DNA of 64,000 nt from Candidatus Hydrogenedentota bacterium (GCA_034669905.1 JAXMOL010000005.1:96001-160000); one strand, 5' to 3'; numbered from the stretch's first letter, positions 48,170 to 58,784 are shown. A program made the numbers and translations. The notes: a model not told the origin generated them from the sequence alone.

Positions 48170-49096
48170 TCAGGCCGCCGTCCCCGAAAGGGCACCGATG
48201 AAGTCTTCGATCTTCGGACGGTTTTCGCTGAGTTCCGCAACCACCGCTTCGCATTGCTCTTCCGTAAGCCCCAGCACTTCGAGGTGTTTCGCGTCCAGGT
48301 AGGGGGCGCACCCGTTGCTCGATTCTCCCAACTCCACTTGGTAGGTGAGACAATTCGCAACGGCCACGATATGGGTTAACTGCGTATCCGTCGTCGCCGT
48401 ATGGGGATGGTGATGACAACGAATGGCTTCCACGACGGTTTCCGGCAGGTTCCAGTGTTCCGCGAGACGCCCCCCCACTTCGGCGTGGGTCATCCCGAAA
48501 AACTCGGATTCCACTTCCGCAATCGGGCACCCACGACGGGCCGCTTCGGTCGCCGCCTTCCGAAACAGTACGGGATAGAGCCAATCCAAGGCCACCTTGC
48601 CGAGGTCATGCAAAAGAGCCGCCTCAAAGCTGCCCTCGGAAGTCCGACCGCTGAGCTTCGCCAGACGCTCTGCAGCGATGGCACTGGCCAGCGAGTGCCG
48701 CCACAGCTGTTGCCGGTCGTAGTTGGATGGGATAGCCTCGAAGGCATTGAACGCCGTGGCCGTGAGCGTGAGATTTCGTACCTCGAGAAAGCCGAGCACC
48801 ACGATGGCCTGGGTCACGGTTTTTATCTGACGAAAAAAACCGTAGTACGATGAATTGACAAGCTTGAGCAACGTGGCCGACAGGCTCACGTCCGCTGCAA
48901 TATGCTGTCCCAAATCAATGGCCGAAGCATCCGGATCGGCTGCCGTACTCAATATCTTGCCCAAGACCGCCGGCAGGGTTGGAAGCTCTCGAATTCGGGA
49001 CAGGTCACCTGCAACATCAGGTCGTTCCACAAAATAGTTCCTTCTGGTGTTTCGGCCGCAAATTTCGCTATAGTCATCATACGTTAGAAACGCCAT
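48170..49096 (-). CDS. HDOD domain protein
   Basis: LPTLP, LLKLVNSSYY, WRHS, LHDLGK, HAEVG..WNLP..HH. Confidence 0.9.
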   Translation of the reverse strand: MAFLTYDDYSEICGRNTRRNYFVERPDVAGDLSRIRELPTLPAVLGKILSTAADPDASAIDLGQHIAADVSLSATLLKLVNSSYYGFFRQIKTVTQAIVVLGFLEVRNLTLTATAFNAFEAIPSNYDRQQLWRHSLASAIAAERLAKLSGRTSEGSFEAALLHDLGKVALDWLYPVLFRKAATEAARRGCPIAEVESEFFGMTHAEVGGRLAEHWNLPETVVEAIRCHHHPHTATTDTQLTHIVAVANCLTYQVELGESSNGCAPYLDAKHLEVLGLTEEQCEAVVAELSENRPKIEDFIGALSGTAA

Positions 49097-49168
49097 GGAA
49101 GCAAGCGCCCGACCTGATAACACCGGCCATCAACAGCCTGGATGTGGTCGCAAAGAGGAGTCCCCCGT

Positions 49169-49654
49169 ATGCCAACGCCAACGAACCTGCCCGAAGAAGG
49201 AAAGACGGCCCCCGCCTTTACCGGTACCAACGAAGCGGGTGAGAAAGTCAGGCTGAGCGGGTTCAAAGGGAACTACGTGGTCCTCTACTTCTACCCCAAA
49301 GACAACACGCCCGGATGTACCGTCGAGGCCAAGGAATTCCGCGATGCCCAGGACGAATTCGCGGCAGAAGATGCCGTCATCCTCGGCGTAAGCCCCGACC
49401 CGGCCAGCACCCATTGCAAGTTCATCCAACGCTTCGAGCTGAACTTCTCCCTCCTGGCCGACGAGGAACATGTCATCGCCGAAAAGTACGGGGTCTGGGT
49501 AGAGAAGAACATGTACGGCAAGAAGTTTATGGGCATCCAACGGGCCACCTTCCTGATCGATCCCAAGGGAAAGATCGCCCGGGTATGGCCGAAGGTTCGT
49601 GCCCAGGGGCATGCCGACCAGGTACTCAATGCGCTGAAGGAATTGAAGGCCTGA
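49169..49654 (+). CDS. bcp: Thioredoxin-dependent thiol peroxidase
   Basis: YFYPKDNTPGCTVEA, RATFLID. Confidence 0.92.
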   Translation: MPTPTNLPEEGKTAPAFTGTNEAGEKVRLSGFKGNYVVLYFYPKDNTPGCTVEAKEFRDAQDEFAAEDAVILGVSPDPASTHCKFIQRFELNFSLLADEEHVIAEKYGVWVEKNMYGKKFMGIQRATFLIDPKGKIARVWPKVRAQGHADQVLNALKELKA

Positions 49655-49680
49655 TCCGGAAGACTACCGGGATAGCCCGC

Positions 49681-50214
49681 TCAGTCGAGGCTATCGTGCC
49701 GCTGCCCTTCGGTCAATAAGGGTACCCGCGCTTTGAAGAAGGTCTCCTGCACCGCGGAAAGACCCCGGGGTGCCCATTCATTGACCTTAATCAAGCCCTC
49801 ATAGATCGTCCAGCGGTTGTCATTCTCGCTCATCACCAGCGTGGCGTCCCAGTCCCGTTGACGGCTGCTCCGGGCTTTCTTATAGGCGCTGCTCCGCTCA
49901 ATGGCGATAAGACCATTTTCCTTTTCCACGACGAATCCCGTGTCGAGCAATTCGGAGAGCAATTCATGGCGAATGGCGCGGTTTCGAATGGCCTGTTTCA
50001 TCTGCACCGTATCGATGGTGACGCCTCCGGAATTCTCCAGCGCGAAATCTTCGTCACCCGCCGCAACAATGGTTTCCACGGCGGTCGCCACCTGCGCCAG
50101 CTCCTCTACCGGAAGGGCACTGTAATCCGGCGCGAGATGCAGCATGGAATTCGTGGTACTGCAACCGACGAGGCACAGCGAAAAAACTAGGGTGGTAGCA
50201 GCGATATACTTCAT
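49681..50214 (-). CDS. Lipoprotein (possibly DUF1318/YdbL-like)
   Basis: Lipobox LVGC; E..NGLI and ENDNRW.IY motifs. Confidence 0.6.
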   Translation of the reverse strand: MKYIAATTLVFSLCLVGCSTTNSMLHLAPDYSALPVEELAQVATAVETIVAAGDEDFALENSGGVTIDTVQMKQAIRNRAIRHELLSELLDTGFVVEKENGLIAIERSSAYKKARSSRQRDWDATLVMSENDNRWTIYEGLIKVNEWAPRGLSAVQETFFKARVPLLTEGQRHDSLD

Positions 50215-51800
50215 GATTTTCCTTTTCCCGACGCAACAACAATGCGATTCTTACCGCTTCGCTTCGCCTCATAGAGCGCCTGATCGGCAGCGCGCAACAA
50301 ATCTTCGGCATTCAGCATGGTCTCGTGGTCGAGAACGCTGATCCCACCGCTCACCGTCACAGAATGTTCGGACGGCACTTCAGGGAACGGCGTATCATCG
50401 ATGATCGCGCGTATCCGCTCCCCTTCTACCGCCGCGCCATCGGGACCGGTTTGCGGCATAATCACCACAAACTCTTCCCCGCCGTAACGGGCGACCAAAT
50501 CGCTCTTGCGCACGCATTTCAAGGTACGTGCCGCGATTTCTTTGAGCACCTTATCACCAACGAGGTGGCCATAGGTATCGTTCAAAATCTTAAAATTGTC
50601 CACATCAAATATCAGACAGGAAAGAGGCAGTTTATAACGACTCGCCCGCTCGAATTCCTGCTGAAGATTCTCCCGAAAATGACGGTGATTGTAGAGCCCG
50701 GTAAGCCCGTCCGTGATAGCCAGCCGCTCCAGACGCTCGTTGGCCACCTGAATACTCTCGAAGAGCTGGGCACGCTCGAGGGCATTGGAGGCCGCCTCCG
50801 CAACGATTTCGAAGAAGCTGATCTCGCGCGGACTGAAGTTACCTTCCACACGGGCCGCACGCAGCAAGAGGGAGCCTACATGCTGATCAAAAAGAACAAT
50901 CGGAATCACCACCAGGCTGTTGATATTCGCCTGCCGTAATTCCGCGGCAAAGGGCTCGGTGTTGTTTTCATCCCGTGCATCGTTGACCACAATCTTCTTC
51001 TGGGTCGTCATGGATTCGTGCAATTCGGGATACTTGAAGAGCTCGATGGTGCGATCGACGACGCTCGCATCTTCATGGGACGCCATCACATGGCCCAGGG
51101 GATCGCCCCCCCAGATTCGTACGATCGAACACCGGTCGGACTTCACCACCTTGGAGATGTGTTCCACAAAGACAAAGAGAATGTCGTGGGCGCGCCGTTT
51201 CGCCGAAATCGCCTTGAGGATGGCCAGCACCGAGAAGAGGTCGTCTTTATCCTGTGTGATGCTGGCCTGCTGCTGGGCCTGGGCATTGGCGTGGGCCGCC
51301 ATCAAGGTCAATCCCAAACTGGAGACTTCCTCGTTGGGGGATTCCGGTACCGCCAGGGCAGCGAGTCCGGTTTTTTCATCCACCACCCCCAACTGGCGCA
51401 ACCGGGCCAGCACAGCGTCCGTATTGCGACGCTTCAGCGACCACCCGCCGGTAAATCGCTCCCCCTCCTCCGTGCTTCCCTTGCGCCCGGCCAGGGTCAG
51501 GGCCCCGTGGGGCGAAAAACATAGAAACACGCGATCCGCATCGCTCAGGCCTTCGACCGCCTTATCCTTCTGAATGACCACAACGGTTACCCAAGAGGGC
51601 AGCGCACCTATCGTTTCGATAATCCGGGTCGCACTCTCCGTATCGGTAATTACGTAGGCTTCGTCTTCGCCCGCCGCCAGGACCCGCGCCAGAGTCTCCT
51701 GCATCAGCGCACAAAAAACAGCATAGTCGTGAAGGGGGATAAAGGTAGACAAGGCCGCGCCAGGAGCGTCGGAAACGCGATCTAACAGTGAAAATTCCAT
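50211..51800 (-). CDS. GAF-sensor diguanylate cyclase
   Basis: DGLTGLYN, RKSD I-site, GGEEF, ADQALYEAK; GAF domain upstream. Confidence 0.9.
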   Translation of the reverse strand: MEFSLLDRVSDAPGAALSTFIPLHDYAVFCALMQETLARVLAAGEDEAYVITDTESATRIIETIGALPSWVTVVVIQKDKAVEGLSDADRVFLCFSPHGALTLAGRKGSTEEGERFTGGWSLKRRNTDAVLARLRQLGVVDEKTGLAALAVPESPNEEVSSLGLTLMAAHANAQAQQQASITQDKDDLFSVLAILKAISAKRRAHDILFVFVEHISKVVKSDRCSIVRIWGGDPLGHVMASHEDASVVDRTIELFKYPELHESMTTQKKIVVNDARDENNTEPFAAELRQANINSLVVIPIVLFDQHVGSLLLRAARVEGNFSPREISFFEIVAEAASNALERAQLFESIQVANERLERLAITDGLTGLYNHRHFRENLQQEFERASRYKLPLSCLIFDVDNFKILNDTYGHLVGDKVLKEIAARTLKCVRKSDLVARYGGEEFVVIMPQTGPDGAAVEGERIRAIIDDTPFPEVPSEHSVTVSGGISVLDHETMLNAEDLLRAADQALYEAKRSGKNRIVVASGKGKS

Positions 51801-52060
51801 AGGATACCGGATGCGCTTCCTTCCGGGGAGACAATCGTGGGAAGAGTCTGAACCCTCTCTCCGCCAAATCGTCGCCGCACAGGTTTACAGGTCTTTTTGA
51901 CCGACAATTCACGTCTTTCGCTGCCAGGACAACACGAAACGATAACAATCCACCGCCCCGGAGTCTCATCAATGCAGGCTCAGGCATGTCAATTAAAGCA
52001 TACTAATTAGTAATCGTAATTATCCGTTGGACCCATTGACAAAGTCAAGAGCGACGCAGC

Positions 52061-53296
52061 TCAGGACGTCGAATATTGACTCCAATCAATCTTCTCCACA
52101 ACGCTCACGGGCGTGGATCGGACCACCAGATCATACAATTCCTCTACTTCGGCATTGTGCATCCGCGGGCACCCATGGGATTGATACAACCCAATGCTGT
52201 CCGGGGCAATCGTACCGTGAATCCCCAGATCACCGGGCAGACTCTCCTCTGCCGGCACCATGGGAAGCCATCGGGTACCCAACTCATTCTCCGGATCGCC
52301 CGGTGGAACAGATGGTCGGTTTTTTGGAAACCAAGTCGGGTCTTTTTGTTTACTACCGATCGTATAGGTCCCCAAAGTCGTCTCGTGCCCCGGCATACCG
52401 AGGCCCGTGTAATAGCGCTTAAAGGGCCCCTGATTATCCATCAGAAAGAGTCGGCAAGTCGATCGCTCAATAACGATACGAAAATCCTTGGGGGTATACT
52501 TCAACCGCTGGCCAAGATGTAGCGTTCCCGGGTCGGTCATCCCGTTGGCGCGCATTAACAGACCCTGGGTCGTATTGAGCTTGATGCCGATGGCGGTGAG
52601 ATTGTCGCCCGATTCTATGGTGTAGTACTTACTCTCGGGCGTTTCCATTTGAGAAAAAGCCAGGGCAACATTCAGGTCTCCCAGGGCGTCCAGAGCCACG
52701 TTCCAGGCATCAGAATCGATCTCGGCATCGTCCAGCGCCGCCCGATAAGAATCCCGGGCCGCGACCAGTTTTTCTTCATGGAGTGCGATACGGCCGAGTC
52801 CGATGTGGGCGGGCGCGCGCATACCCCGAGGTGCACTCTTGAGCAGACCTTCATACTGCTTGCGGGCTTCCTCAAAACGCTCTTGCTTCTCTAACGCATT
52901 GCCGTAGCGGCCCACGTAACGGGGACGCTCCGGATCGGTGGGGTAATCCCGGAGGAGTTGCTCCAGCATCTGGACGGCCACGGACCAGTCCTCGGCCTTT
53001 TCCGCCAATTCCACCCGCTGCAGCAGAAGCCCCTTGCGCCGCGTCGCGTCATTTTCGGCGGCAATACTCTCGTCCAGCAGGGTGGCCGCCTTTTCGAGAT
53101 CGCCCGAAGCGACTTCGTGCTCCACCCGCTCCACCACCGATACGGGGGGCTCTTCAGCGAACCAGCCTCCAAACCGGTTCTTGGCCAGAGGATAGACCTT
53201 AAAGAGGGTAAAGGCGATAACAAAAACGACGACGAGTCGCAGGATGGTACGGGAAAGTCGCGGTTCTTCTCTTCGATGGGATGAGTACTGCGTCAC
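52061..53296 (-). CDS. TPR-LysM-L,D-transpeptidase (YkuD) protein
   Basis: N-terminal TM, TPR helices, YTIESGDNL (LysM), GIHGT..SHGCPRM. Confidence 0.9.
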   Translation of the reverse strand: MTQYSSHRREEPRLSRTILRLVVVFVIAFTLFKVYPLAKNRFGGWFAEEPPVSVVERVEHEVASGDLEKAATLLDESIAAENDATRRKGLLLQRVELAEKAEDWSVAVQMLEQLLRDYPTDPERPRYVGRYGNALEKQERFEEARKQYEGLLKSAPRGMRAPAHIGLGRIALHEEKLVAARDSYRAALDDAEIDSDAWNVALDALGDLNVALAFSQMETPESKYYTIESGDNLTAIGIKLNTTQGLLMRANGMTDPGTLHLGQRLKYTPKDFRIVIERSTCRLFLMDNQGPFKRYYTGLGMPGHETTLGTYTIGSKQKDPTWFPKNRPSVPPGDPENELGTRWLPMVPAEESLPGDLGIHGTIAPDSIGLYQSHGCPRMHNAEVEELYDLVVRSTPVSVVEKIDWSQYSTS

Positions 53297-53312
53297 GATA
53301 AAGTCGACCTTA

Positions 53313-54254
53313 TTATATTTTTGATTCCGCTACCCGCGAAAGGTCGAGGAGCATCTCCGTCACGGATTGGTAACGTCGCTCGATACGCCGCCGAAGCGCC
53401 TTCAGAATAATCCGGTCCAACTGCGGGGTAACTTCGCGGTTATATTTCGACGGGGGCTCGAACTTGTACTTTCGATTTACGATCTGCTTCTGAATCGCCC
53501 GCGTGTCATTGCCGTCACAGGGGTGGCGGCCGGCAAACAGTTCGTACATGGTGATTCCGAAGGAAAAGATGTCTGAACGGGCATCAAGCTTTTGCTTGGT
53601 CAACTGCTCGGGCGACATGTAGAGGCGGGTACCGCCACTCTCCTTCATCCACCGGGTGCGCCAGTTGGCACTGGATTTGGAAAGGCCAAAGTCCACGATC
53701 TTCACCTGGGTGCCATCGCGGGAAAACAAGAAGTTTGCCGGTTTAATGTCCCGGTGCACGACGTTGTTCTGATGGAGAAAGTCCAGCCCCTGACACAACT
53801 TGATACAGAGATCCACCATCTGGGTCATCGTCAGGTCCCGGTCCTGAATGTGCTTCTTCAGGTCATACCCGTCAATATATTCCATGAGAAGACAGCGCCG
53901 CTTATTGCCCGCGCGATCTTCCTGGATCACGATCTCATTGTGCATCTTGATAATCGTCGGATGATCAAGGGCCGCAGCGATCATGATTTCCCGGCCGAGA
54001 TAATCCCGCTTACGACGCTTCTTGTCGATATCATAGCGACGATCAAGAACCTTGATTGCGATGGTCCGGTCATTGGCACGATCGATGGCCTTGTACACCG
54101 TACCCATACCACCGCTACCGATGGGCGCGATAATGTCGTAGGGGCCGACGTGGGTCATTTCGAACTGAGACTCATCAATGTCCTGTCCGACACCGTTCTC
54201 GCCCGATCCCGCCTCGAGGGGCTCGTCAACCTTTTTCTTTCTGAAAAATCTCAT
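53313..54254 (-). CDS. Hanks-type Ser/Thr protein kinase (soluble)
   Basis: GSGGMGTVY, AIK, HRDIKPAN, DFG, YMSPEQ. Confidence 0.92.
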   Translation of the reverse strand: MRFFRKKKVDEPLEAGSGENGVGQDIDESQFEMTHVGPYDIIAPIGSGGMGTVYKAIDRANDRTIAIKVLDRRYDIDKKRRKRDYLGREIMIAAALDHPTIIKMHNEIVIQEDRAGNKRRCLLMEYIDGYDLKKHIQDRDLTMTQMVDLCIKLCQGLDFLHQNNVVHRDIKPANFLFSRDGTQVKIVDFGLSKSSANWRTRWMKESGGTRLYMSPEQLTKQKLDARSDIFSFGITMYELFAGRHPCDGNDTRAIQKQIVNRKYKFEPPSKYNREVTPQLDRIILKALRRRIERRYQSVTEMLLDLSRVAESKI

Positions 54255-54322
54255 ACGCTGCTCCAAGTCGATTCGGGCCTGATCATAAGAGCAACACCCC
54301 CTCTATTTCAACGATGCTGTTG

Positions 54323-55282
54323 CTAACCTTGTTTCCAGCTGGCGACACCCGCTGGAACGGCCACTTCCTTCATGATATCAGCCAGCACCGACTCGGTGGT
54401 AACCCGGCGCAAACGACTCTCGGGATTCAAGATAAGCCGGTGCTGGAGCACCGGTGCTACCAGCGCCTTGATATCGTCGGGAATGACGTAACTCCGCCCC
54501 TCCACCGCCGCATAGGCCTGGGCCGCCCGGAACAGCATGATAGACGCCCGGGGACTTCCCCCCAGGGTGAGGTGGGTGGAATCCCGGGTGCGATGCACCA
54601 ACCGGACGATATAGTCCCGGACTTTTTCATGGACGTAAATTTCCCGAATGGAAAGCTGCATCCGCTCTATCATGGCGGCATCTGTCACGGGCTTCAAGGC
54701 ATCCACGGGGTGGCTGAGCCGTGTCTTCTCGAGGATACTCAGCTCGGCCATGATATTGGGATAGCCCACCGAAAGGCGCATCATGAAACGATCGAGCTGG
54801 GCCTCGGGCAGCGGAAAGGTGCCTTCGTGCTCCACAGGATTCTGGGTGGCGAAGACCGCGAAAGGCCGCTTAAGGGCATAGGTATGGCCATCCACCGACA
54901 CCTGCCCCTCGGCCATGGCCTCCAGCAAGGCTGACTGGGTTCGGGGCGTGGCCCGATTGATTTCGTCCGCCACCAGCACCTGGGAGAAAATCGGTCCTTT
55001 TCGGAACTCAAATTGCTGGGTTTGCTGGTTATAAATGGATACGCCGCTGATATCAGTGGGCAAGAGGTCGGGCGTGCACTGAATACGCGCGAAACTGCAC
55101 CCACTCGATACGGCCAGCGCGCGGACCAACATGGTCTTGGCCACACCGGGCACGTCTTCCAACAACACGTGCCCCCCGGCCAGGTATGCGGCCAACGCAC
55201 TCTTTACCACCCGCGGCTTGTCGAGAATGACCAGCTCCACGTTTGCGATGAGGTCTTTGATTACCTGTCTGAAACCCGCCAC
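54323..55282 (-). CDS. MoxR family AAA+ ATPase
   Basis: EDVPGVAKT, TPDLLPTD, DEINRA, LPEAQLDRF; GTG start with a GAGGTG RBS. Confidence 0.92.
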   Translation of the reverse strand: MAGFRQVIKDLIANVELVILDKPRVVKSALAAYLAGGHVLLEDVPGVAKTMLVRALAVSSGCSFARIQCTPDLLPTDISGVSIYNQQTQQFEFRKGPIFSQVLVADEINRATPRTQSALLEAMAEGQVSVDGHTYALKRPFAVFATQNPVEHEGTFPLPEAQLDRFMMRLSVGYPNIMAELSILEKTRLSHPVDALKPVTDAAMIERMQLSIREIYVHEKVRDYIVRLVHRTRDSTHLTLGGSPRASIMLFRAAQAYAAVEGRSYVIPDDIKALVAPVLQHRLILNPESRLRRVTTESVLADIMKEVAVPAGVASWKQG

Positions 55283-55382
55283 AACACCTCTTTCTCTTGG
55301 TCGGAAACTCGCCTGATAATACATGGCCTTTCCGCCGGAAGCAACTGCCCCATTTTCACGGTTACACGTAAGGAAATGACCA

Positions 55383-55411
55383 TTGACAGGGACTTTGATC
55401 ACTGCTAGTCT
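55383..55411 (+). promoter_or_regulatory. Sigma-70 promoter
   Basis: TTGACA-N17-TAGTCT. Confidence 0.55.
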
Positions 55412-55551
55412 GAAGGTGTGCGAAGGGACGATGGTACGTGTGTCCAGGCAGGGTCACTCCGTCCAGACCTTAAACCCGTGCACACGACATCACTATCCAG
55501 GGGCAGTGTATTCAATATTGCGGCGGTCCACAACCTGAAAAGGGCACTACG

Positions 55552-56547
55552 ATGAACCACATCTCGCTACAAAGACTCGCAGGACTCGGCGCAGTCCTGG
55601 CCTTGGCCGTAACCATGCCCAGCGCGGCAGACTCCATCGTGATTGACGGCACCACCTACGAGGATGTCTACATCATCACGACCGACAAGTCCTATTTCGT
55701 CCAGACCCCCGAGGATGGCAAGGTGATTTCGGTCGACCGAAATTCAGTGGCTCCGGGCGACGTCTCCCTATCCGAGTCCACCGCGGTGCGCGCAGCGATC
55801 CTCGCCCGCTGGAAAGCGAAAAACCCGCGCCATCAGGAACGCCTGAAGGAAGCCGCCCGATTGACCGCGCGCACGACTCCGGCAGCCTCTTCCGAGTTGG
55901 AGCCTGTTCCGAACACCCCGACCCTCCGCATGCGTGGCTCCGACAAAAGCACCCCGTCAGAACCTGGCGCTCGTTCGGATGGCTACGTCCCCTACATCAA
56001 ATTGAAAGACGTCCCCCTGGGTACTGCCTTGGATGCCCTCCTCCGCCCCATGGGCCTGGACTACCGGATTGAGAATGGCATCGTGTTCGTCAGTTCCCCC
56101 CGGATTTTACGTCAAGAATCATTCGGCCCCATGGAAACGCGCCAGTATCAATTCCACGGCAACGACACCCTGCACAAGATCGTGCTCGGTGGCATCGGCG
56201 GCACATCCATTAATCAGGCGGGTGGCGGCTTCGGTGGCACCGGCTCTCAACGGGGCCAGGGTAGTTTTGGTGGCTCGGGGCAGTTGGGTGGACAAAGTGC
56301 CTTCGGCGGCAGTGGATTGGGGGCCCAGGGTGGCCAAGGTGGATTCGGTGGCGGCCAGGGTGGCTTCGGCGGTGGACAAGGTGGTCGCGGCGGTCAGGGT
56401 GGTGGATTCGGTGGTGGTGGTGGCGGTGGCGTGGGTGATGTGACCGCCATCGGAAACATCAGCCAGCTCTTCTCCACCATCGACGACCGACTCGTCGGAG
56501 AAGCACCAGCCACTATCGGCGGTACGGGATATCAGTTTCAGGACTGA
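55552..56547 (+). CDS. Secreted protein with an STN-like domain and a Gly/Gln-rich region
   Basis: Signal peptide; LKDVPLGTALDALLRPMGLDYRIENGIVFVS; GGQGGFGGG repeats. Confidence 0.7.
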   Translation: MNHISLQRLAGLGAVLALAVTMPSAADSIVIDGTTYEDVYIITTDKSYFVQTPEDGKVISVDRNSVAPGDVSLSESTAVRAAILARWKAKNPRHQERLKEAARLTARTTPAASSELEPVPNTPTLRMRGSDKSTPSEPGARSDGYVPYIKLKDVPLGTALDALLRPMGLDYRIENGIVFVSSPRILRQESFGPMETRQYQFHGNDTLHKIVLGGIGGTSINQAGGGFGGTGSQRGQGSFGGSGQLGGQSAFGGSGLGAQGGQGGFGGGQGGFGGGQGGRGGQGGGFGGGGGGGVGDVTAIGNISQLFSTIDDRLVGEAPATIGGTGYQFQD

Positions 56548-56575
56548 GTAAGCGCCCCACAGCTCAGCAACTAGA

Positions 56576-56625
56576 AACAACGCGCGGCGGTCCAATCGAA
56601 CGACCCGCCGCGTTTTTCGTTTTAT
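56576..56625. terminator. Terminator between convergent genes
   Basis: CGCGGCGG...CCGCCGCG followed by TTTTTCGTTTT. Confidence 0.6.
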
Positions 56626-56677
56626 GGGCCCTACAGAACCTGCGTTACTCAGACTGTCGTTGTTAAATCTTGCGCTC

Positions 56678-57712
56678 CTACCATCGAAGGCTTGAGACAT
56701 CTTCTCGCGCCGGAACGGGATGCCGGAGCCTGTACAGTCCCTGCAACACCAGGGCGCACAGCAGAACGCAGACGATATTGATGACAATTTCGTACCCAAC
56801 CGTATACATTGGCCTCAGTGTCCAACGATTGAGCACATAGCCGATTATTTCCGTACCCAATAGCCGAAACTCCACGAAGGAAACAAGGAATTCTCGCGGG
56901 TAGCTTACTGACCCGATCTGAACCCCAAGCATCACGGGAAAGCACATACTCAACGAGGAGTACACGATCTGCGCAAACCCAATGGATAGCTTTTTCAGAA
57001 AGACCGCTGAGAAGGCATCCGTCCACCAGAACCAGATAACAAAATAGCAGACCATGCTTGCGTACATGTACCCCGCCATCAGCCACATAGCAACCCGCGT
57101 TGATGCCTCGGGAGCACCCCCAGGTGAGTATCCGACCTGGGGCATCAAGTGCATTGCTGCGAACAGGAGGAGTGACCACGTCGCCATGCGAAGGATGGAC
57201 CAGCGGCAAAACCAGGGCGTAATTCCCGCGTGCGTTTTTTGCCGCCATCGGCGCAACACATAGACAATCGCGGCCAACTTTACGAGACCGACAGCGTACC
57301 CAAAATAACGCGAAAATAGATAGGGAACACCCTCGAAGGAATCATTCAAAATAAAAGAAGGTATCAAGACGACGCTGGCAATAGTCCGTACGCCCGAGAA
57401 AACGACACCGAATGCCAACAGGGTAAGCACCAGCGCAAGCAGCTTGCGCACCAACGTCACCTGGGCAGCCTCGGCATGTACCTCTTGGAACATAGCCTTC
57501 ACGGTCGCCCCATCGCCAAAATGCTCCCGAGCGAGAATGAGCGCGTCTTCCTGCGACACGGGCTCCTCCCCGCTGCAATAGGCCAACATCTTGTCCTCAA
57601 TGTGCCCGTAGAGCTCTTCCTGAATCTCCGGGTCGAGATCGTGGGCCACCGTGATGCGCTCGGCCAGTTCGCGGGCCTTTTTCTGGATGGAATCGTTGAG
57701 CTGCTCAGCCAT
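56678..57712 (-). CDS. Permease-prefix-domain membrane protein, paralogue B
   Basis: EIQEELYGHIED..AREHFGD N-terminus followed by multiple TM helices. Confidence 0.75.
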   Translation of the reverse strand: MAEQLNDSIQKKARELAERITVAHDLDPEIQEELYGHIEDKMLAYCSGEEPVSQEDALILAREHFGDGATVKAMFQEVHAEAAQVTLVRKLLALVLTLLAFGVVFSGVRTIASVVLIPSFILNDSFEGVPYLFSRYFGYAVGLVKLAAIVYVLRRWRQKTHAGITPWFCRWSILRMATWSLLLFAAMHLMPQVGYSPGGAPEASTRVAMWLMAGYMYASMVCYFVIWFWWTDAFSAVFLKKLSIGFAQIVYSSLSMCFPVMLGVQIGSVSYPREFLVSFVEFRLLGTEIIGYVLNRWTLRPMYTVGYEIVINIVCVLLCALVLQGLYRLRHPVPAREDVSSLRW

Positions 57713-58700
57713 CGGTTTCTACCCCCAACACAGTTGATTCACCACGCCACCGCCACAAGTCGCAGAGCCACTGCAAGACGATAGCGCATACCGCGACGAC
57801 AACCACATACCGGACCACGTGCTCCGGTAGCTTGCCCGCACCGATTCTTGTCATCGCGACGTCAATCAGCCACGGCGGCACGTAAGCCGTCGCCAGGAAC
57901 GGCCCCGCCGCAAAGGCGAGAGAGGCGGGAACCAAGGCGCTAAGCTTTTGATAGACCGCCCAGAGAAGACCGACGGAAAAATTGTAGCGAAGGCGGCTTA
58001 GGTCGGGATTCACCCACCACATCCAAATTACGCAGTAGACCGCGGATGCAAGCAGGTGAATATTCCCGTCAAGCCACCAGGAATCCAAAAAGAACGTATT
58101 GAATCGACCCGCTGCGCCGGGGAGCAGGAGCCTGGAAAAAGCCTCACCCGTTGCCAACACGAGAACGGACATTATCGCTAGAAATGGATTGCTCAAGTGA
58201 CACAACCAAGGGGATCCCCCCCTGCTGAACTGCCGTTTCCAGTGGTGCAAGTACAGGACCAGAAGTGTTGGCCCCCCAAACAAATAGCCACTGAGAATCA
58301 GGTTTTTAAGAAGCATCTGAACAATTGGAGGGCGGTCGCCGCCGAACGGGTGTATCGTCTGCATAAGCGTGGCGGTTAGCATTCTCGCGAAAACGATGGC
58401 GACGGTTGTTAATAAGGCCAGGACCAGCACCCGCCGCAACAAACTCACTTCCACGGCCTCCACATGCACTTCCTGCAACAGCCCGCGCAGTGCCGCCCCA
58501 TCCCCAAAGTGTTCCCGAGCGAGGATCAGTGCATCCTCTTCCGAAACAGGCTCCTCGCCGCTGCAATAGGCCAGCATCTTATCCTCGATGTGTCCGTAGA
58601 GTTCTTCCTGAATCTCCGGGTCGATATCGTGGGCCACCGTGATGCGCTCGGCCAATTCGCGGGCCTTCCGCTGGATGTCGTTGTTCAGTGGGGTGTTCAT
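57705..58700 (-). CDS. Permease-prefix-domain membrane protein, paralogue A
   Basis: Same N-terminal domain, divergent TM region; GGAGG RBS. Confidence 0.75.
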   Translation of the reverse strand: MNTPLNNDIQRKARELAERITVAHDIDPEIQEELYGHIEDKMLAYCSGEEPVSEEDALILAREHFGDGAALRGLLQEVHVEAVEVSLLRRVLVLALLTTVAIVFARMLTATLMQTIHPFGGDRPPIVQMLLKNLILSGYLFGGPTLLVLYLHHWKRQFSRGGSPWLCHLSNPFLAIMSVLVLATGEAFSRLLLPGAAGRFNTFFLDSWWLDGNIHLLASAVYCVIWMWWVNPDLSRLRYNFSVGLLWAVYQKLSALVPASLAFAAGPFLATAYVPPWLIDVAMTRIGAGKLPEHVVRYVVVVAVCAIVLQWLCDLWRWRGESTVLGVETDG

Positions 58701-58784
58701 GCCGCAGCCCTCCAAAATATGTTTCTTCCAATTCGAGTTCGAATCGTGGCTCCCCCCAACACATGCCCTGTTCGGGCGGCACAC

